NCBI GenBank assembly: GCA_963735055.1
Contig: CAVTJN010000005.1
Location: forward strand, 5,804 to 69,803
Length of the DNA stretch: 64,000 nucleotides
Origin: an uncultured Chloroflexia bacterium
GTDB lineage: Bacteria > Chloroflexota > Dehalococcoidia > Dehalococcoidales > UBA2162
Direction: 5' to 3'
Made by a program: the position numbers and the translations under genes. Each line of letters opens with the position of its first letter. Position 1 is the first letter of the stretch. This document shows, in pieces, positions 9,003 through 18,026 of this stretch. The notes beneath the pieces are model-generated. The model searched no databases. It was not told where the DNA came from and saw only the letters and a program-made list of their open reading frames with translations.

Positions 9003-10226
9003 CTAGATTATCTGTCTAACGAGCCTAGGGGAGGACAGACAAGAAACTGTCCTCGATGTCCGTCTGTCCTTTTGGGCCAACTGATTGCAGAAGCACCAGC
9101 TACTCCTTCTTCCTTTCCCTGTCGACGGCTTTGGCAACGGTGTCCTGTCACCGCCAAATTCCTTATGGGTAATTTCGACAATTTCGGCTCTCGTCCTCTT
9201 CTCTGACACAAGCTTCCGAATGCGGTCTGCCCTATTCTTGGCTATTGTTGCTTTGTCTGGGCTGAAAACAAGGGTGGCCTTGTCCTGCGCAATCCTTATC
9301 CTAGGTGGCTGAACAGTCGTGTCAACTACTGCTGGATACTTGCCTCTCAGTTTGTAGAAACTCAATGCCCCATCGTGAAGACGCAGAATGACATCCACTT
9401 TCGCCTGAATCAGATTACTCCCCATGACCTCACCGTTCTTGTTGGGATGATGCAACACAATGAAAGCACAGTTCCATTTCCTAGCCAGAATCCTCAACTG
9501 GTCGAATATCGCTGCGCCCTTTGGATGGTTGATGTCTTCGATGCCCACTGAACTGAGCGAGTCAATTATTACCAGGTCTGCCTTGGAGTACTTCATGAGG
9601 TCATCAATGAATGCAGGGTTGTCGAAATTCATTTTGTCGTTGTTCCATCGGACAGGCTCTTTGGGAACAAGCAGGTTTTCCAGCGATGGATGCACGGGTA
9701 GCATCCTGTCCAAATGACCTCTGAGCAGCGCTGGATTCTCGTCCTGTTCGATGAGTAGGGTACGTGCCTCGCCGACACGAAGAGACACTAGGCTCTTACC
9801 TTCCTGCACGCAGCCGATGAGTTGGAGCATGAGTGAAGTCTTCCCCTGCCCCTTGTCCCCGAAGAGTATGGTTATGCCCTCTTTGACAGCGAATCCCTCG
9901 ACAACCCATTCGGGTTCGGGGATATCGGTCACTCGTTGGAAAAGCTGGGTCTGTTTTTCTTCAAATGCCACAACCTCCTTGAGAGCCTTGAGAGCCTCTT
10001 CCGACTGCCTAGTTTGTTCCGGCGTAAGCGCTGGCGGTGGAAACAGGGCTTTGTATTCCTCAAGGTCAAGTTTGCTGTCAATCGCCTTGTTCCAGTGGTC
10101 TTCTATATACTCCGCCTGCCCCGTCGTTAGGGCAGTTGGCTCAATCCCAAGAGCTTCCTTGACGTATTGCTGCTGTTCACCTGAAAGTGGCATCTCGAGT
10201 TCCTCCCAAACGGTGTGTCTGTTCAC
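9003..10226 (-). CDS. RepA-like / AAA_25-type RecA-fold ATPase (replication or mobilisation protein of the element)
   Basis: Walker A LFGDKGQGKTSLMLQL and Walker B ADLVIIDSLSS, followed by FIVLHHPNKNGE. Typical of plasmid or prophage RepA/AAA_25 proteins. Confidence 0.75.
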   Translation of the reverse strand: MNRHTVWEELEMPLSGEQQQYVKEALGIEPTALTTGQAEYIEDHWNKAIDSKLDLEEYKALFPPPALTPEQTRQSEEALKALKEVVAFEEKQTQLFQRVTDIPEPEWVVEGFAVKEGITILFGDKGQGKTSLMLQLIGCVQEGKSLVSLRVGEARTLLIEQDENPALLRGHLDRMLPVHPSLENLLVPKEPVRWNNDKMNFDNPAFIDDLMKYSKADLVIIDSLSSVGIEDINHPKGAAIFDQLRILARKWNCAFIVLHHPNKNGEVMGSNLIQAKVDVILRLHDGALSFYKLRGKYPAVVDTTVQPPRIRIAQDKATLVFSPDKATIAKNRADRIRKLVSEKRTRAEIVEITHKEFGGDRTPLPKPSTGKGRRSSWCFCNQLAQKDRRTSRTVSCLSSPRLVRQII

Positions 10227-10387
10227 TGGTGCCCCACCATTCGCACAGATTTCCGCTCAGGTGTGACGGGCCTGAGCTCAGCACTGCGAATCTGCTGGTT
10301 TTTCCTAGACCACGGCACAATTCTAGCACACCATATTCTCGTCAGGTGACTCGTTTGGACTCGTGCGAAATTGCCTGCCATAAGGAC

Positions 10388-10416
10388 TTGACAACAAACT
10401 GATCAGAGTCTACAAT
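10388..10416 (+). promoter_or_regulatory. Sigma70-type promoter TTGACA-N17-TACAAT, followed by a tandem ACTGTAAC ACTGTAAC
   Basis: TTGACA at 10388-10393 and TACAAT at 10411-10416. The octamer repeats are at 10419-10426 and 10427-10434. AGGAGGAGGG Shine-Dalgarno site, then ATG at 10451. Confidence 0.6.
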
Positions 10417-10450
10417 ACACTGTAACACTGTAACAGGAGGAGGGAATGAA

Positions 10451-10891
10451 ATGCCTACAATCAGGATTGATGATGATGTCTACGCTTGGCTCAAGTCGCT
10501 AGCAACTCCTTTCGAAGATACGCCGAACACAGTACTCCGTCGCATTGCAGGGCTGGATGGAACAATCTGCCACATGCCCAGAGTACACGCCGAGCAAGCC
10601 AAGGTGCGTGACGAGACGCCGACTGAGGTCAAGGACAGAGTCGTTGGAAGAACCACGGGCAAGTACCTCAACGAATTATGGAATGTTGGAGCTGCCCACG
10701 CCCTTTACCATCACGACGGCACATTCTATGAGAACCTACGCACTTTTCCCGGCGCTCTGTTTGACTACCACGGATTCGTCGTCTTCCAGAACGAGGCTGA
10801 GTACACGTCTTGCCCCTACTTGAACATTGGGGAGAAGTTGAACGTCCATCAGGGAATAAAATCCATCCCTAGGTACAAGAGCATAAGATAA
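10451..10891 (+). CDS. Hypothetical protein with an N-terminal ribbon-helix-helix / SeqA-N-like segment
   Basis: Strong Shine-Dalgarno site. The N-terminus MPTIRIDDDVYAWLKSLATPFEDTPNTVLRRIAGL resembles SeqA-N/RHH-type openings. I do not recognise the C-terminal part (HHDGTFYENLRTFPGALFDYHGFVVF). Confidence 0.55.
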   Translation: MPTIRIDDDVYAWLKSLATPFEDTPNTVLRRIAGLDGTICHMPRVHAEQAKVRDETPTEVKDRVVGRTTGKYLNELWNVGAAHALYHHDGTFYENLRTFPGALFDYHGFVVFQNEAEYTSCPYLNIGEKLNVHQGIKSIPRYKSIR

Positions 10892-10941
10892 AGGCCGGGA
10901 AACCAGCGCAAGAGAAGACCAAGACAGAGGAGGGCAGAACA

Positions 10942-11250
10942 ATGAAAAACATGAGTCTAAGTAGAATCGCCGAGGAGGTCGGAATCAGTAAGTCCTACCT
11001 TTCGATGTTGATGTCAGGGCAAAGAGAGATGACGCTGGATTTGGCAGCCAAGCTGAAGCCATTTCGTTCACAACTTTTTGTGAACACTTCAGGCACAGAA
11101 TTCTCCTTGCCAAGGAGAAGGTCGCGAGTTCGAATCTCGTCTTCCGCTCCACCCCACAATCGATCGCTCGCTGAACGTTCACGATGCCAGTCACGCGCTG
11201 CGGGGGAAACATTGCCCGCTGTTGCCCAAGTCATGAGCCCCCGACGCTGA
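10942..11250 (+). CDS. HTH (XRE-like) ORF that reads through attR; putative Int(N) fragment of the partitioned integrase
   Basis: Sequence MKNMSLSRIAEEVGISKSYLSMLMSGQREMTLDLAAKL. There is no stop before the 58-bp core. The core is read as SLPRRRSRVRISSSAPPHN, the same frame as the integrase ORF at attL. The last ~30 codons are chromosomal. Confidence 0.6.
   Translation: MKNMSLSRIAEEVGISKSYLSMLMSGQREMTLDLAAKLKPFRSQLFVNTSGTEFSLPRRRSRVRISSSAPPHNRSLAERSRCQSRAAGETLPAVAQVMSPRR
11102..11159. repeat. attR: second copy of the 58-bp tRNA-Gly 3' repeat
   Basis: Identical to 3716-3773. Confidence 0.85.
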
Positions 11251-11406
11251 CCGGCCCACCACCCACGGCCCCATCTGGCGCGCCGTGCCCCGGCCTGACA
11301 ATCCGCCACTTCTACGATGTCTACCCACTCCCGAGGTCCGTCCCGCGTCCGCTCGAGCTAGCCGGAGCAGCTTCCGGATACCTTTCGGATATCCGGCCGG
11401 GGAAGG

Positions 11407-12201
11407 TCAGATGTAGAGGTCCCGCCGGTTGTACACCAGATATGCGCCCACCATGCTCACCACAATGACCGCCAGCGACAGGCCGACGAAGACAAAGTCG
11501 AATCTCGATTGGTGGAGCAGCACCGCCGGGTCAAAATACTTGAACGGAGAGAGATACTTGAGGAAGGCCAGGTCGGTGTTCAAGGCGGTAACGATGGAGA
11601 GCAAATAGGTCCCCAGCAGCAGGGATACCGCCGCAGAACTCACCAGTTTGTACCGTTTCATGGCACAACCCAGGAAGATGCCGATGGCCAGGAAGATCAG
11701 TTGCATGATGAAGAGCGCCAGCATGCACAGGGCCAGGAATTTGTAGAATGCGGCGTCCGGCTGATAAGGTGACGCACTGACCAGAGAAGCGCCCCAGGTT
11801 ACGAACAGCAGGATGATGCAGTTGGCAAGCGCCGCCACGGACTTGGCGGTCACCAGGCGGCTGCGGGTCACCGGCAGGGTTAATGAGAACTCGACGGTCT
11901 TGTCACGCTCCTCCTTGACGATGATATCGCTGCCCCACATCGCGGCGGCGATGCACAGGAGAAGGGCATAGTAGGTGAACATCACCCCGAAAAAGCCACT
12001 GATCGTGGTCAGGTTGAAGGCATAGAGATTCAGAGCGGACACGATCGCCGGAGGCATGCCGTCCAGTATCGCCAGCATATCCGGGTTGTTGTAGTACGCC
12101 GAGAACTTGGATACGCCCATCATCACGAACAAGATCACGATGATGCCCCAGATGATCAGCGATCTCAGGTTCGCTCTCAGCTCTCTGACAAAGATATTCA
12201 T
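11407..12201 (-). CDS. ABC-2 type transporter permease
   Basis: 264 aa, about six TM segments, paralogous to the upstream permease. Sits in an operon with an ABC ATPase. Confidence 0.8.
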   Translation of the reverse strand: MNIFVRELRANLRSLIIWGIIVILFVMMGVSKFSAYYNNPDMLAILDGMPPAIVSALNLYAFNLTTISGFFGVMFTYYALLLCIAAAMWGSDIIVKEERDKTVEFSLTLPVTRSRLVTAKSVAALANCIILLFVTWGASLVSASPYQPDAAFYKFLALCMLALFIMQLIFLAIGIFLGCAMKRYKLVSSAAVSLLLGTYLLSIVTALNTDLAFLKYLSPFKYFDPAVLLHQSRFDFVFVGLSLAVIVVSMVGAYLVYNRRDLYI

Positions 12202-12213
12202 CTCCTGACCTCC

Positions 12214-13033
12214 TCACACCACCGCCGGGATGTCCCGCCGTCTGTACAGCGCAAAACTGACCACCAGAGAAATCAGGATCACGGCCGCGCTGATGCCCAC
12301 CAGGGGCAAGTCATAGGCCCCGTGCTGCCAGGATATAGTTCGGCTCGAAGTGCTTGAAAGGGGTGATCTTCTCCAGGGTACGGGTGCCGATCATGTCGCC
12401 AAAAATGCTGAGCACGTACATCCCGAAGCCGAGTGCCAGGGCGTAGGAGGCCACGCTCCGGATCCTTTTGACCAGCAGCGAAATGAGCAGGCCGACGCTG
12501 AGGAAGAAGAGTTGGAAGACGACGATACTTATCAACAGCAGCAGCAGAAGGCCGCTGTCATACCCCCGGTCCCCTTTGAACAGACCGATGAAGCCAAACG
12601 AACTGATCCAGACGACGATGTTGGTGATGGTCAATCCGCTCAGCGCGGCGAGCAGTTTACTGGTCAGGATCCGGGTGCGTTCCACCGGTTTGGTCAACAG
12701 GAAATCGGCCGTCCATTCTCGTTCCTCGATGGACACCAGCGAAAAGCCGTAATTCGCCGCCTGGACCGCCAGACATATCTGGGCAAAAAGGAACACGAAG
12801 CCGAAATAGCCCAGGACGGTGGAGAGGTCAACGCCGTTCAGGCCGAAGGCGGTTAGCAACTGCTTCGGGAAATTGGCCAACGCTTCGTTCATCAGTTCCG
12901 CCTGCGGGGCAAAAGAGGGAAACAGCGAGACAAAGACCAGAATCAGCACCGCGACCGACAGGGACCAGGTGATCACGGATTTCAGGTGCATCTTGAACTC
13001 GTACCGGTAGATGTTGGTAGCCATGATCATCAC
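12214..13033 (-). CDS. ABC-2 type transporter permease (apparent 1-nt frameshift near its 3' end)
   Basis: The track ORF stops at 12311 (..ILAARGL*). The next frame continues AYDLPLVGISAAVILISLVVSFALYRRRDIPAVV*, which parallels the paralogue's C-terminus ..LSLAVIVVSMVGAYLVYNRRDLYI. The shift lies at the C4 run at 12318-12321. Confidence 0.75.
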
Positions 13034-13906
13034 CTACTCGTAGTAATGCATGAAGATCTCTTCCAGGGTCGGCTCTTCAATGGTCACGTCGGATACGGTC
13101 ATTTCCCCGATCTTGTGCATGACGGCATTGATATCACCCTTGTAGAAGAAGCGCACCGTACCATCGTGGAGTTCGAGATTGGTCGCGCCGGGGATGGCGA
13201 AGGAGGCAACATCGAGACCGTCGGCGGCCACCCGGACCTTCTTGTAGTTATTCCGCTGCAGGGTGCGGATGTCGGCGATTTCGATGATCCGACCGTCTTT
13301 GATGATGGCGACACGGCTGCACATTCTTTGCACTTCGCCCAGGATGTGCGATGAGAAGAAGACCGTCACCCCCAGCTGATTCTCCTCTCGAATTAGCTGG
13401 AAGAATTTTCGCTGCATGAGGGGGTCGAGGCCGGCGGTGGGCTCGTCAAGGAAAAGCAGCCTGGGCCGGTGCAGGAGTCCCTGCACGATACCCACCTTCT
13501 TCCGGTTGCCGTAGGAGAGGTCCTCAATGCGGCGGTTCAGTTCAAGCTCCATCAATTCAGCCAATTCATGCATGCGCCGGGTGCTGTCTTTGCGGTAGAA
13601 ACTCGCCGAATACTTGAGCAGGTCAATCACCTTCATACGGTCATAGTAGAAGACCTCGGCGGGCAGATATCCGATTTCCTGCCTGATCTCCGGCCCGTAC
13701 TTGAAGCAGTCCTTGCCGAAGATAGCGGCAGTGCCGCTGGTGGGGTGGATCAGGGACAAGAGCAACCGGATGGTGGTCGATTTGCCGGCCCCGTTTGGTC
13801 CGATGAATCCGAAGATCTCCCCCTCGCCCACCTGGAATGAGAGGTCAACGACGCCCCGGGCTTTGCCATAGTACTTGGTCAGTTGGCTGACTTGAATGAC
13901 ATCCAA
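13034..13906 (-). CDS. ABC transporter ATP-binding protein
   Basis: Walker A GPNGAGKST, signature LSYGNRKKV, Walker B LLFLDEPTAGLD. Confidence 0.9.
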   Translation of the reverse strand: MDVIQVSQLTKYYGKARGVVDLSFQVGEGEIFGFIGPNGAGKSTTIRLLLSLIHPTSGTAAIFGKDCFKYGPEIRQEIGYLPAEVFYYDRMKVIDLLKYSASFYRKDSTRRMHELAELMELELNRRIEDLSYGNRKKVGIVQGLLHRPRLLFLDEPTAGLDPLMQRKFFQLIREENQLGVTVFFSSHILGEVQRMCSRVAIIKDGRIIEIADIRTLQRNNYKKVRVAADGLDVASFAIPGATNLELHDGTVRFFYKGDINAVMHKIGEMTVSDVTIEEPTLEEIFMHYYE

Positions 13907-13942
13907 GGCAATACTCCTTTGGACTGGCGATGCCGCTCAAAT

Positions 13943-14326
13943 TCACACGCTGTCGATGACCTTCTTCAGTTTGGCCTCAACCTGCGCGGCAATATCCTGC
14001 AGCTTCTCGTTTTCAATCATGCTCATCGCCCGGGTCGGCAGTATGGCCGCCACCCAGGTCTTCCCCTCCGCGTCATAAACGATGACGTTACAGGGTAAGA
14101 GCAGTCCGATGTCCTTTTCCACCTGCAGTGATTGATGCGCGAAGGGCGGGTTGCATGCCCCCAATATTATGTAATTGCCGGTATCAACCCCCAGCTTCTT
14201 CTTTAATGTTGCCTGCACATCAATCTCGGTAAGCACGCCGAAACCTTCTTTCTGCAGCTCCTCCTTTACTTTGGCGATAGCCTCGAGATAGGGTATGCCG
14301 ACCTGCCGTTTATGACCGTACTGCAT
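13943..14326 (-). CDS. DUF302 domain protein
   Basis: 127 aa: EEL(Q)KEGFGVLTEIDVQATLKKKLG...YIILGACNP...LPCNVIVY, the typical DUF302 pattern. Confidence 0.8.
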   Translation of the reverse strand: MQYGHKRQVGIPYLEAIAKVKEELQKEGFGVLTEIDVQATLKKKLGVDTGNYIILGACNPPFAHQSLQVEKDIGLLLPCNVIVYDAEGKTWVAAILPTRAMSMIENEKLQDIAAQVEAKLKKVIDSV

Positions 14327-14384
14327 TTTCTATTCTCCTGTCGCGGTTACCTTCGGTTCCGAAGCAATGGGGATGCTACCCGTT

Positions 14385-14846
14385 TCACAACACGGTTTGC
14401 CGGCTTTCCAACGCCGCTATCTTCATCAGGCGCCGTTTGAAGCGTTCATCTTCCTTAAAACGCGCCTTCAGGAATACCTGCACAAGGTCCCAGGCCAGGG
14501 CATGTCCGGTGACCCGGCCGCCCAGGCACATCACGTTCATGTCGTCGTCCTCAACGCCTTGATGAGCAGAGAAGGCATCGGTGATCAGGGCGGCCCGCAC
14601 GCCGGGCACCTTGTTGGCGGCCACGCCGGCGCCCACCCCGCTCCCGCAGACCGCCAGGCCGCGGGTGACCTCCCCCCTCGCGACCGCCCGGGCCATGGGC
14701 ACCACGAAATCAGGGTAGTCATCTTCAGCGGCCAATTCATAGGCGCCAAAGTCCTTAACTTCCAGTCCGGCCGCCACCAGGGCCGCCGTCAGGTATGCTT
14801 TCAACTCGAAACCGCCGTGATCCCCGGCAATGCCCACGCGCATCAT
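14385..14846 (-). CDS. rpiB: Ribose-5-phosphate isomerase B (RpiB/LacA/LacB family)
   Basis: MRVGIAGDHGGFELK...DYPDF...GLAVCGSGVGAGVAANKVPGVRAAL...NVMCLGGRV. The start was chosen at the MMRV after an AAGGGGG Shine-Dalgarno site (the track ORF extends to 14873). Confidence 0.85.
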   Translation of the reverse strand: MMRVGIAGDHGGFELKAYLTAALVAAGLEVKDFGAYELAAEDDYPDFVVPMARAVARGEVTRGLAVCGSGVGAGVAANKVPGVRAALITDAFSAHQGVEDDDMNVMCLGGRVTGHALAWDLVQVFLKARFKEDERFKRRLMKIAALESRQTVL

Positions 14847-15034
14847 TATCCCCCTTTTTTCAAACATGTCCAACTTGTGACCCGGGCAATTGACGGCGCG
14901 TCCCGGTCATACCGGCGAGGGCCAGGGGAAAGCGCCACAGGACAATTCTACCTCCGATCGGTTACGTATGACAGAGGGAATAAGCCGGACGACCGCGCAT
15001 TGAAGAATCGCAGGGTAGGGCTCATAATTGACTC

Positions 15035-16522
15035 ATGTCGAACCGCCCCGATACCAGTTCACGAGCCATCCTGGAAAAGATCGCCCGCCGGGCTATGGTC
15101 GAACGTGGTTTTCTGCCCGATTTCTCACCCGCCGCTCTTAACGAGCTCGGAAACTTGAGACCGGTGGATGGGGGGGAACAAGGTCGGGGGAAGGACTTGC
15201 GACGCCTGCCATGGGTGTCGATCGACAACGATGATTCCCTGGACCTGGACCAGTTAACCGTGGCGGAAACCCGGTCCGATGGCGGGGTAACGATTCTTGT
15301 GGCCGTTGCCGATGTGGACACGCTGGTGACAAAGAACTCGGCCATCGACGAGCACGCCAGGCAGAATACGACTTCCGTCTACACGGCCGGTAAGATCTTC
15401 CCCATGCTTCCGGAGCGACTCTCCACCGACCTGACGTCACTCAATTATCAGGTGGATCGCCCGGCCGTTGTCATCGAGATGGCAATAGGCGATACGGGCG
15501 ACGTCCAGAGCTCGAATATTTATCTCGCCCTGGTACGTAACCACGCCAAGCTGGCTTACAACGGCACCGCCGCCTGGCTGGAGGGCAAAGGGATGGCCCC
15601 GGACAAGGTTGTGGCGGCTGACCCGGGCCTTGCGGAAAATCTCCGGGTCCAGTTTCGGACGGCCCAGAAATTAAGGTCCCAGCGCTCCAAGCGCGGCGCC
15701 CTGCAGTTGCAGACCCTGGAAGCCCGCCCCGTTTTTGCCGGAGACGAAATCCGCGACCTGACCGTGGAGGAAACGAATCCGGCTAAGGAGCTAATCGAAG
15801 ACTTTATGATTGCGGCCAATGACGTGACCGCCCGCTTTCTTCGCGACCGGCGGACACTATCGTTGAGACGGGTGGTCCGTTCTCCGAAGCGGTGGGACCG
15901 GATCGTGGAGATAGCGGGCCAGTATAATTCCGAACTCCCGCGCGACCCTGATTCGGCGGCCCTTTCCCGTTTCCTGACCGAACAGAGAGCAGCCGACCCG
16001 CTCCGCTTCCCCGATCTTTCCCTGAGCGTCATCAAGCTGCTGGGCCCCGGCGAATATGTGGTGGAATTACCCAATGGGGAGTCGCCTGGCCATTTCGGCC
16101 TCGCCGTAAAGGACTACACCCACTCAACCGCCCCCAACCGCCGGTTTCCTGATCTGATCACCCAGCGAATCCTGAAAGCGACGCTGACCGGGTCGCCGAT
16201 GCCCTACAGCCCGGAGGAACTGGCCGAGCTGGCCAGGCACTGCACGGAAAAAGAAGACGACGCCAGCAAAGTGGAGAGACTGGTGGCCAAGTCAGCGGCC
16301 GCGATGCTGCTTTCGTCACGAATCGGAGACCAGTTTGACGCAATCTGTACCGGCGCCGCCGACAAAGGAACGTGGGTACGCCTCTTTCATCCACCGGTGG
16401 AAGGACGGTTGGTCCACGGCTATGAAGGCATCGATGTGGGTACCCGGCTCCGAGTGAGACTGATCCGCACCGACGTGGAAGAGGGGTTCATCGATTTCGC
16501 CAGGGTCGGTCCGGGCGCTTGA
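15035..16522 (+). CDS. RNB-domain exoribonuclease (RNase II/R family)
   Basis: VSIDNDDSLDLDQ, TSVYTAGKIFPMLPERLSTDLTSL, IEDFMIAANDVTA, HFGLAVKDYTHSTAPNRRFPDLITQR. These are RNB catalytic motifs. Confidence 0.85.
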   Translation: MSNRPDTSSRAILEKIARRAMVERGFLPDFSPAALNELGNLRPVDGGEQGRGKDLRRLPWVSIDNDDSLDLDQLTVAETRSDGGVTILVAVADVDTLVTKNSAIDEHARQNTTSVYTAGKIFPMLPERLSTDLTSLNYQVDRPAVVIEMAIGDTGDVQSSNIYLALVRNHAKLAYNGTAAWLEGKGMAPDKVVAADPGLAENLRVQFRTAQKLRSQRSKRGALQLQTLEARPVFAGDEIRDLTVEETNPAKELIEDFMIAANDVTARFLRDRRTLSLRRVVRSPKRWDRIVEIAGQYNSELPRDPDSAALSRFLTEQRAADPLRFPDLSLSVIKLLGPGEYVVELPNGESPGHFGLAVKDYTHSTAPNRRFPDLITQRILKATLTGSPMPYSPEELAELARHCTEKEDDASKVERLVAKSAAAMLLSSRIGDQFDAICTGAADKGTWVRLFHPPVEGRLVHGYEGIDVGTRLRVRLIRTDVEEGFIDFARVGPGA

Positions 16523-16534
16523 GAGTCGGTCGAC

Positions 16535-17638
16535 TCACTTGAGATCGTAAAGGCCAAAGACCGGTATGCTCCGCACGGGTGCCCCAGGTTGACCGGGCGA
16601 TACAGAGGGCCTCAGGTACTCCGGCGGCCTTACTATCCGGTAGGTCAGCGCCTGCTGCTTGCACCCGACGATACACAGGCCGCACCCTTTACACTTTTCA
16701 GCGTCAACCGACGCTTTGAGTTTCCGCGAATTGGCGGTCTTCCGCATTTCGATCGCCTCAAACGGGCAGCGCTCGACACAGTCCTGGCAGCCTCGGCACT
16801 GGTCCTCGTCAACCACCGCCAGGAACCGGTTGGGAGTCATCAGGTCGTATCTGCGCGCTCGGGTGACCGGGAAGAGATTCTCACAGCTGCAGGCGCAGCA
16901 ATAGCAGTCTCCCCAATGGACAAGGCCGGATTCCTCGGCCTCCCGCACCACATCGAACGTTTCCGCCAGGGTGACCTCTTTGAGCAAACGGCCCGGCTGG
17001 CCAAGGTAGTATTCGCCCCGCGGCCGGTCAAAGCAGGCAAAGCACGTCATCAGGGGATGGTCACAGCCCCCCCACGACACCCGGCAGCCGCACGGAGCGA
17101 GGATCCGCCGTTTCGCGTTTTCGATCTTCAGTTTCCAGTTCTCTTCCGGCATGATCTCATCGGGACGGATATTGGGACTGCGCTCGAGGGCCCCGATTGC
17201 CGGCCATATCGGGAGGCTCCGCCCTCCGGCCTTCTGGGTCTTAATGGCGTTATTCAGAAAGGTGTAACTCCATTCATTTCTAAAGAAGTCGTCCCAAAGC
17301 CTTTTGACCTCCTGAGACACTGCGTATGGCCCGGTGTGCGGGGCCGTATCGGCGACCACATCATGGTGGAAGCCCAGAACGCTGGTGTGAAAGGCAAATT
17401 GCGTCTTTCCCCGGGTAAGGGCGCCCCGGTCAATCAGGCCGTCCAGGGTCTTAGAGAGGGCCTGTTCTTCAATACCCAGCCGGGCGGCCAGTTCGGCGCA
17501 GGTGGCCGGGGCGATCAACTCGCGGCAAATCTCGGCTTCAACCGGGGAGAACATTGCCTCGAGCAACTTGATGAAACGCCCGGATTCCGGAAAACCCAGC
17601 TTGCCGGCCAATTCGGTATACGAGCCATTCTTCTTCAT
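16535..17638 (-). CDS. Cys-rich protein with an N-terminal winged-helix-like segment and a C-terminal 2x[4Fe-4S] ferredoxin domain
   Basis: CRGCQDCVERCP and CKGCGLCIVGCK ferredoxin motifs. Additional Cys clusters CGCRVSWGGCDHPLMTCFACF and CYCCACSC. Confidence 0.75.
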   Translation of the reverse strand: MKKNGSYTELAGKLGFPESGRFIKLLEAMFSPVEAEICRELIAPATCAELAARLGIEEQALSKTLDGLIDRGALTRGKTQFAFHTSVLGFHHDVVADTAPHTGPYAVSQEVKRLWDDFFRNEWSYTFLNNAIKTQKAGGRSLPIWPAIGALERSPNIRPDEIMPEENWKLKIENAKRRILAPCGCRVSWGGCDHPLMTCFACFDRPRGEYYLGQPGRLLKEVTLAETFDVVREAEESGLVHWGDCYCCACSCENLFPVTRARRYDLMTPNRFLAVVDEDQCRGCQDCVERCPFEAIEMRKTANSRKLKASVDAEKCKGCGLCIVGCKQQALTYRIVRPPEYLRPSVSPGQPGAPVRSIPVFGLYDLK

Positions 17639-17649
17639 GATCAGTCACC

Positions 17650-17991
17650 TCACTCCACCTCAATGCGGTCCATGTACAGTTCGCGTCCGGAGACAATGTC
17701 AACCTGCCCCTGGCTACAACCGGGACAGTGAAAATCACGTCTTTCGGGGACGAAAATGGTGTCGCAGTTGCGGCAGCGCAGTTGGGCCGGAATGTGTTTG
17801 AACGACAGACTGGCCTGGGCCGCGATGGTGTCTTTGCTCAGGAAGTTAAAATAGAAACTCACCGCGTCTTCGACAACTCCAGAGAGTTCGCCAACCACCA
17901 GATAAATCTTCAGAATCCTTTTCGATTCTGCCTTTTGCGCGCTTTCGAGGGCCAGGGCCAGCAGCGATTCAACTATACTCTGTTCGTGCAT
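17650..17991 (-). CDS. hypA: Hydrogenase/urease nickel-insertion protein HypA
   Basis: MHEQSIVESLL... and a C-terminal zinc site CRNC...CPGC, 113 aa. The start was taken at the MHE codon (complement of 17989-17991), not the longer track ORF. Confidence 0.85.
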   Translation of the reverse strand: MHEQSIVESLLALALESAQKAESKRILKIYLVVGELSGVVEDAVSFYFNFLSKDTIAAQASLSFKHIPAQLRCRNCDTIFVPERRDFHCPGCSQGQVDIVSGRELYMDRIEVE

Positions 17992-18026
17992 TGTCTCACA
18001 GCGGCATCGGTACCTTCGGCCGCCGG

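Noticed and set aside
16589-17731. 380-aa plus-strand ORF
   Set aside because: It is antisense to the Cys-rich 4Fe-4S protein gene and HypA, with low-complexity Arg/Pro/Gly composition.
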